From NCBI GenBank assembly GCA_965112735.1, contig OZ218951.1, positions 3,286,001 to 3,350,000 on the forward strand: 64,000 nt of DNA. Direction: 5' to 3'. The position numbers and the translations under genes were made by a program. Positions 58,734-64,000 of this stretch are shown in pieces. The notes under the pieces were generated by a model. The model saw nothing but the letters and a program-made list of their open reading frames with translations. It had not been told where the DNA came from and did no database searches. The stretch is from Phaeosaccion multiseriatum (lineage: Eukaryota; Protista; Ochrophyta, other classes). The number at the start of each line of letters is the position of its first letter. Within the stretch, counting starts at the first letter, position 1.

Positions 58734-60000
58734 TAACAGACTGACTGACTGACTGACTGACTGGCTGGCTAATGCAGATGATCACCGCGGCCCCGGACAT
58801 AACGGAGTTCGAGGTGCTGGAGGCGGAGGACGAATTCATCATCGTGGCGTGTGACGGGGTGTGGGACGTCATGAGCAACGAGGACGCAGTGCAGTTCGTC
58901 AAGCGCCGGATACAGGTCCGTGTGTGTATGTGTGTGCATGTGTGTGCATGTGTGTGTGCGTGTGTGTATGTGTGTGTGTATTGTGTGTATTGTGTGTGTA
59001 CACCCGCGTGAGAGATTGAGAGTGATTTCAAGTGAGGGGTCGGGTATACAGGCATAACCACACGCACGCACATGCACACCCCTGCAAGAAAAAGAAATAA
59101 AAGTACTGCTGCCCCTCGTCCGACTCGTCTGCTTGCATCTCCGCCACTTCCTCACTGTCTCACTGCCTCACTGCCTCACGGCCTCACTACCTCTCCGCTA
59201 CTCTACTGAACCTGGTGCCTCACTTGTCTCTCTGCCTCACTGTCTCACTGCCTCACTGCCTCACTACCTCTCCGCTACGCTACTGAACCTGGTGCCTCAC
59301 TTGTCTCTCTGCCTCACTGTCTCACTGCCTCACGGCCTCAGTACCTCTCCGCTACTCTACTGAACCTGGTGCCTCACTTGTCTCTCTGCCTCACTGTCTC
59401 ACTGCCTCACGGCCTCACGGCCTCACTACCTCTCCGCTACTCTACTGAACCTGGTGCCTCACTTGTCTCTCTGCCTCACTTGTCTCTCTGCCTCACTGTC
59501 TCACTGCCTCACTGCCTCACGGCCTCACTACCTCTCCGCTACTCTACTGAACCTGGTGCCTCACTTGTCTCTCTGCCTCACTGTCTCACTGCCTCACTGC
59601 CTCACGGCCTCAGTACCTCTCCGCTACTCTACTGAACCTGGTGCCTCACTTGTCTCTCTGCCTCACTGTCTCACTGCCTCACTGTCTCACTGCCTCTCCG
59701 CTACTCTACCTACACTCTGCTTACCCTACTGCCTCCCCACTTGTGTCTCCCCGCTTGTACCTCCAAACTACCACCTCTTTCCGTGCCATCTGCTTGTAAC
59801 GCCAATTTGAACACATCCCTCCCTCCCCCCCCCTATGGCCCCGCCCTTACAGAAGCAGCCCCTGCCTGACATCGCGGAGCAGCTGCTTGACGAGTGTATG
59901 GCCGAGGACCCCCGTAAGTCGAGCGGCCTCGGGGGAGACAACATGACCTGCGTGGTGGTGCAGTTCAAGCACAGGGCCGGGCGTGGAGGAGAGGTCAGTT

Positions 60001-60032
<32 letters not shown>

Positions 60033-60363
60033 TGTCAGTCAGTCTGTCAGTCAGTCCTCATTCGATATGGCGATCTTGACGTCGTTATGCGGTGTTGTAG
60101 TGTAAATCGATATTTCGAACGTCTGCCTAAGGCTCCTTCTCCCTCTCTCTCCCTCTCTCCCTTCCCATGCCGCCCAGCAGAGTGTGGCGAACAAGGTGCG
60201 GAAGCTCAGCTCGAGCCTCTTGGGAGGCGGCAAGGGCAAGAGGAGCAGCACGAGCAGCAGCGGCAGTAGCAGCAGCAGCGGTAACAGAAGTAGCGGCACC
60301 AGCAGCAGTAGCAGCAGCAGTAGCAGTAGCAGTAGCAGTAGCAGCAAAGGAGGGGAGGCCTAG
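54246..60363 (+). CDS. Protein phosphatase 2C, PPM1G-like with acidic insert
   Basis: MGVFLSTP (N-myristoylation-type start), EMQ|[20 protein letters not shown], Glu-rich insert, [49 protein letters not shown]; Ser-rich tail, stop 60363. Confidence 0.95.
57282..57455 (+). repeat. Minisatellite (GTCA)2-4-GTACAAGGTGTCAA x7 starting at a 5' splice site
   Basis: Begins exactly at the donor TCCAG|gtcagt of a PP2C intron. Confidence 0.9.
59150..59710 (+). repeat. Intronic minisatellite, ~75-100 bp higher-order units built from CTCACTGY/CTCACGGC 8-mers
   Basis: Core ctactgaacctggtgcctcacttgtctctctg recurs six times. Confidence 0.9.
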
Positions 60364-61041
60364 CCTATCGGTTTATCATAGCAGCAGTTACCGACAGGCA
60401 GACTATGTAGAGATACGTAAGATTAAGTGTGGGTGGGGCGAGGGCAGCCCCTACATATTACTGGCCCTCAGTTAGTCGGTGAGGAGTCAGAGGGGAGGGA
60501 GGGGGGAGAGGAGATACGAAAGGTGTTATTACAGGAGGAGTTTACAAGCTCTCCATAGACTTTTTTTAACTTTTTGTTTGCTAATTTAGAATTGTTCATC
60601 GAGAGAAGCAAGCACTGATGGATGGATTGATTGATTGATTGATTGGAGGCTAGCGCGGATCACCACCACCACCACCACCACCACCACCACCATCATCATC
60701 CTCATCATCATCATCTGCTGCTGCTGCTGCCGGAGTGCGGGGTGGAGTAGAAGCAGCCTGTCTCGCTCGCTCCACATGCCGAGGAGAGCGAAGCGGGACT
60801 CGCAGCGAATCGAGGAGGTCCGCCTCAGTGATGCGAGCGAATCGAGGAAGTCATATATATATAGTGAAGGGGAAGCTGCATGCCTGCGTGCCTGCCTATC
60901 TCGCCCCATGCTCTGTCTACAATCGTACCACCCCTCTGCCTCTATGTCTGCCTCACTTCAATTAGCTCAGCCAGCCAGCACGTGCTGTCTGTCAGTCAGT
61001 CAGTCAGTCAGTCGAACAGTCAGTCAGTCAGTCAAACAGTC

Positions 61042-61073
<32 letters not shown>

Positions 61074-61111
61074 AGCCAGTCAGTCCGTCAGTCAGTCAAA
61101 CAGCCAGTCAA

Positions 61112-63309
61112 TCAGTCAGTGAGACCGAGAGCATTGGTTAAGAAGGCGGCCTCAACCGCCGCCTCGTCGAGGCGCTCGTCCTCGAGCTGCGGCCCTTCAT
61201 GCCCGTGGGGATGCAGGTACAACAGCACGTCTCGAGGGCCCGTGTTGTGCTCACGCACCTTGGACACCCTGTAGCGGCAAGGAGGGGAGAGGAGGGCAGA
61301 GGAGGGGAGGGGGGAGGAGAGGAGAGGAGAGGAGGGGAGAGGAGAGGAGAGGAGAGGAGAGGAGAGGAGAGGAGAGGAGAGGAGGGGAGAGCAGAGAGGA
61401 GGAGAGGAGAGGAGGGGAGAGGAAGGGAGAGGAGAGGAGAAAAGAGGAGGAGGGGAGGGGAGGGGAGGGGAGGGGAGGGGAGGGGACGGGAGGGGAGGGG
61501 AGAGGAGAGGTGGCGTGCGTGAGTGTGTGGGTGGGTAGGGAGGGGGGAGGGGCACACCAGCAGGAGCAGGCTGGCGAAGACATGTGTATGTATCATCTCC
61601 CTCTCTTCCGCTCCATCGCCTCCCTGTCTCCCTCCCTCTCTGTGCGGCCCTCTCTGCTGCTCCTCCTCCTGCTGCTGCTGTATCACCAACTGCTGCTGCC
61701 CTGTCCCTCCGTTCCATCTCACCCTCTCTGTGGTCCCCCCTCCCTCCTCCTGCGACGCTCTCTCCCTCCCTTCTCCTGTTTCCCTCCCCCCCTCCCTCTC
61801 GCCCTCCATCCCTCCCTCCATCCCTCCCTCCCTCCCACCTACCCACCCACCCACCCACCACTTGGCTGCCTCCCAGTAGTTGACGGTGCGGTCCTCCAGT
61901 GACGAAGTGACCAAGAGGGCTGGGTAGGGCTGCAGACGTACGTTGTGGCAGGGAGAGTAGCCACGCAGGTACGCAGACACCTCGGGGGAGGAGGACGGGT
62001 CACCCCACTCTGACATTGCCACGCAAACACAGCACAGCCACACACACGCATGGGAGGGACAAGATCGATCGCCAGAAAATGTGAAGTGGAGGGAGAGAGA
62101 GAGAGGGGGGGGGGGGGGGGGGGGGGGAGTGCGCGCAGGTGAGACTTGCCGAGCTGCCTTCGGCCCAACAGAAAAGGCATATCATTGATCTCATCCCCCA
62201 TCCTCCCTTCCTCCCTCCCTCCAGCCCTCCCTCCCTCCCTCCCTCAATCCCTCCCTCCCTGTCCCTCTCTCTCTTCCTCCCTCCCTCGCTCCCTCCCACC
62301 AGCCGCCGGCTGGCTCAGCAGCCACTCAGTCGCTCACCATCATACTCGTGCACAGTGAGCGGCAGAGAGGGATCGAGCATCGTTGTAGCCACGTCCACAA
62401 AGGGCGCCTGCACGGTCGAGCGATGGTTGGGTGGTTGTTGTGTGCGTTTGTGGGTCGGCGGTGTGTGTGTGTGTGCGTGCGTGAGACTCTCAGCAGATCC
62501 CTTCACTGTCAGTCCCCGAGTCTGTCCCTGACGAGTGCTGATTGATGTTAATGCTGTCAGTGAGCGGGAGCTGCCCTACTGACTCATCCCTCCACCCTCC
62601 CTCCCTTCCTTCCTCCCCTCCCTCCCTCCCTTCCTCCCCTCCCTCCCTCTATTACCTCCCTCCCTCCCTCCCTTCTTTCCTCCAAGTACCTTCATGACCA
62701 TCGCAGCGAAGAGAGAGTCTCCATGCAAGTTGGCGAGAGCCCCCGCCACGATCCCTCCTGCGGTGCCATGACAAGTTCATGGACACACACATGCACACGC
62801 ACATGCACACGCACACACACGCACGCGCGCACACACACAGAGATACACACACAGAGATACACACACACGCAAGTAGGGAGAGGGAGAGGGAGAGTGAGAG
62901 AGATGATATGGTGTCCTCTCGCCCCTTTCTGTTGCTTTGCGTCTCTTTTGCATCTCTTGCAGTGTGCTGCTCTGTCTCCCCTCTCCCTCCCTCCCTCCCT
63001 CCCTGCCTGCCTGACAAGGAGCTGAAACGCAACACAAACCTCACACACTTCTTGATACAGCCTCTCTGTGGCCTTTCCCCCTAGCCCCTTACCCATATAC
63101 CACCTGATGATATATATCCTTGACATACCTGCGCTGTGGGTATGCAGGGCCATGAGTGGGGGTGAGGAGTACCCCTTTTCCTTGAGGGCCAAGGCGCACG
63201 CCTCAGCGTCGAGCACTGAGACCCGCTTGGACAGCCCGGTGGCCGCTTGGTGCCAGCCTCGCCCGAGCTCTCCGCCGCCCCGGACGTGTGCAAAGGCAAT
63301 CACCCTGTG

Positions 63310-63346
<37 letters not shown>

Positions 63347-63916
63347 AGGAGCGAGTGAGTGAGTCTATCATGTGTGTGTGTGTGATCTAGGAGCGAGTGA
63401 GTGAGTCTATCGTGTGTGTGTGTGTGTTCTAGGAGCGAGTGAGTGAGTCTATCCGTCGGGCCGCCCTCGGCTGCACAAATCACTCACTCCACAGCAGCAG
63501 TTGGCGATGCAGCAGTCACAGCAGTGTGTGTGTGCAAGACGCGGCGGCTACGTCTCTGTCTGTCCCCCCCCCCCCCCCCTCTCTCTCTCTGTCATCACAG
63601 CTGTCTTTCGTGTCCGCCCACCCACTCCTCCCCTCCCCTACCCCGCCACTTCCCTGCTCCTCCTCTCTCCCCCACCCCCCTCCCCCCTTTCCCCTTCCCC
63701 TTCCTCCTTTCTCCTTCCCCCGCCCCCCCCCACTCACCAGCCGTTCTCCATGAGTGCCCTGTGAAACGCACTATACCCAATCGAAAGGGGGATGCCGTAG
63801 GCCCCATAGCAGCACATGAGTAAGGGGTTCTCGCCGTCCAGTGCCATCCCCTGAGAGTGGCACACAGTCACGGGAATGGCTGTGCCGTCACTGGACTCGG
63901 CCGATATGCGGTGCAA
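61112..63916 (-). CDS. Oligopeptidase B-like prolyl oligopeptidase family (S9A) peptidase, 3' part; 5' end beyond the right edge
   Basis: SSDGTAIPV, YGAYG, AHVRGGGELGRGWH, HSA|GG (nucleophile Ser), APFVDV..TMLDPSLPLT..EYDE|WGDP, YSPCHNV..QPYPALL, EDRTVNYWEAAKW (Asp), GH (His); stop 61112. Confidence 0.92.
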
Positions 63917-64000
63917 ACTGAAGGGAGGGGGGGGGTCGGCAGTGGATGGCAGTCGATGGGGAGGGGTGAGAAACGAAAAACAGAGGAAAGGGTGAGGACA

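Noticed and set aside
59150-59710. CRISPR-like repeat-spacer appearance
   Set aside because: The spacers are permutations of the same 8-mers, the array is inside a eukaryotic intron, and no cas genes are present.

Overview
Eukaryotic, intron-rich genomic DNA with microsatellite-filled introns, probably from an ochrophyte (stramenopile) alga because one gene has a bipartite signal+F-motif plastid presequence. From 19.5 kb onward it carries spliced housekeeping genes: dynactin p150, a PH-like hypothetical protein, SCO1, a plastid-targeted unknown, a sphingomyelin/IPC synthase-family gene, a large ankyrin protein, a PPM1G-like PP2C and the 3' half of an oligopeptidase B-like S9A peptidase. The first 18.6 kb look like a junk tandem repeat in the ORF track. 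Manual splicing of the minus strand instead gives one long, apparently uncharacterised secreted or cell-surface gene running off the left edge. It has a signal-peptide exon followed by at least four ~4-5 kb genomic modules. Each module encodes a Cys-rich solenoid-like domain plus an EGF domain, assembled from very small exons (candidate 2-nt and 4-nt microexons, and symmetric 15/24/39/57/63-66-nt exons). The 57-nt exon is present in 2, 1, 4 and 1 copies through exact 302-bp duplications, and amino-acid changes cluster at equivalent positions of each repeat. A pair of strand-specific miRNA-like hairpins lies at 39.5-39.8 kb. All gene models were derived by eye from splice signals and frame; none has transcript support.
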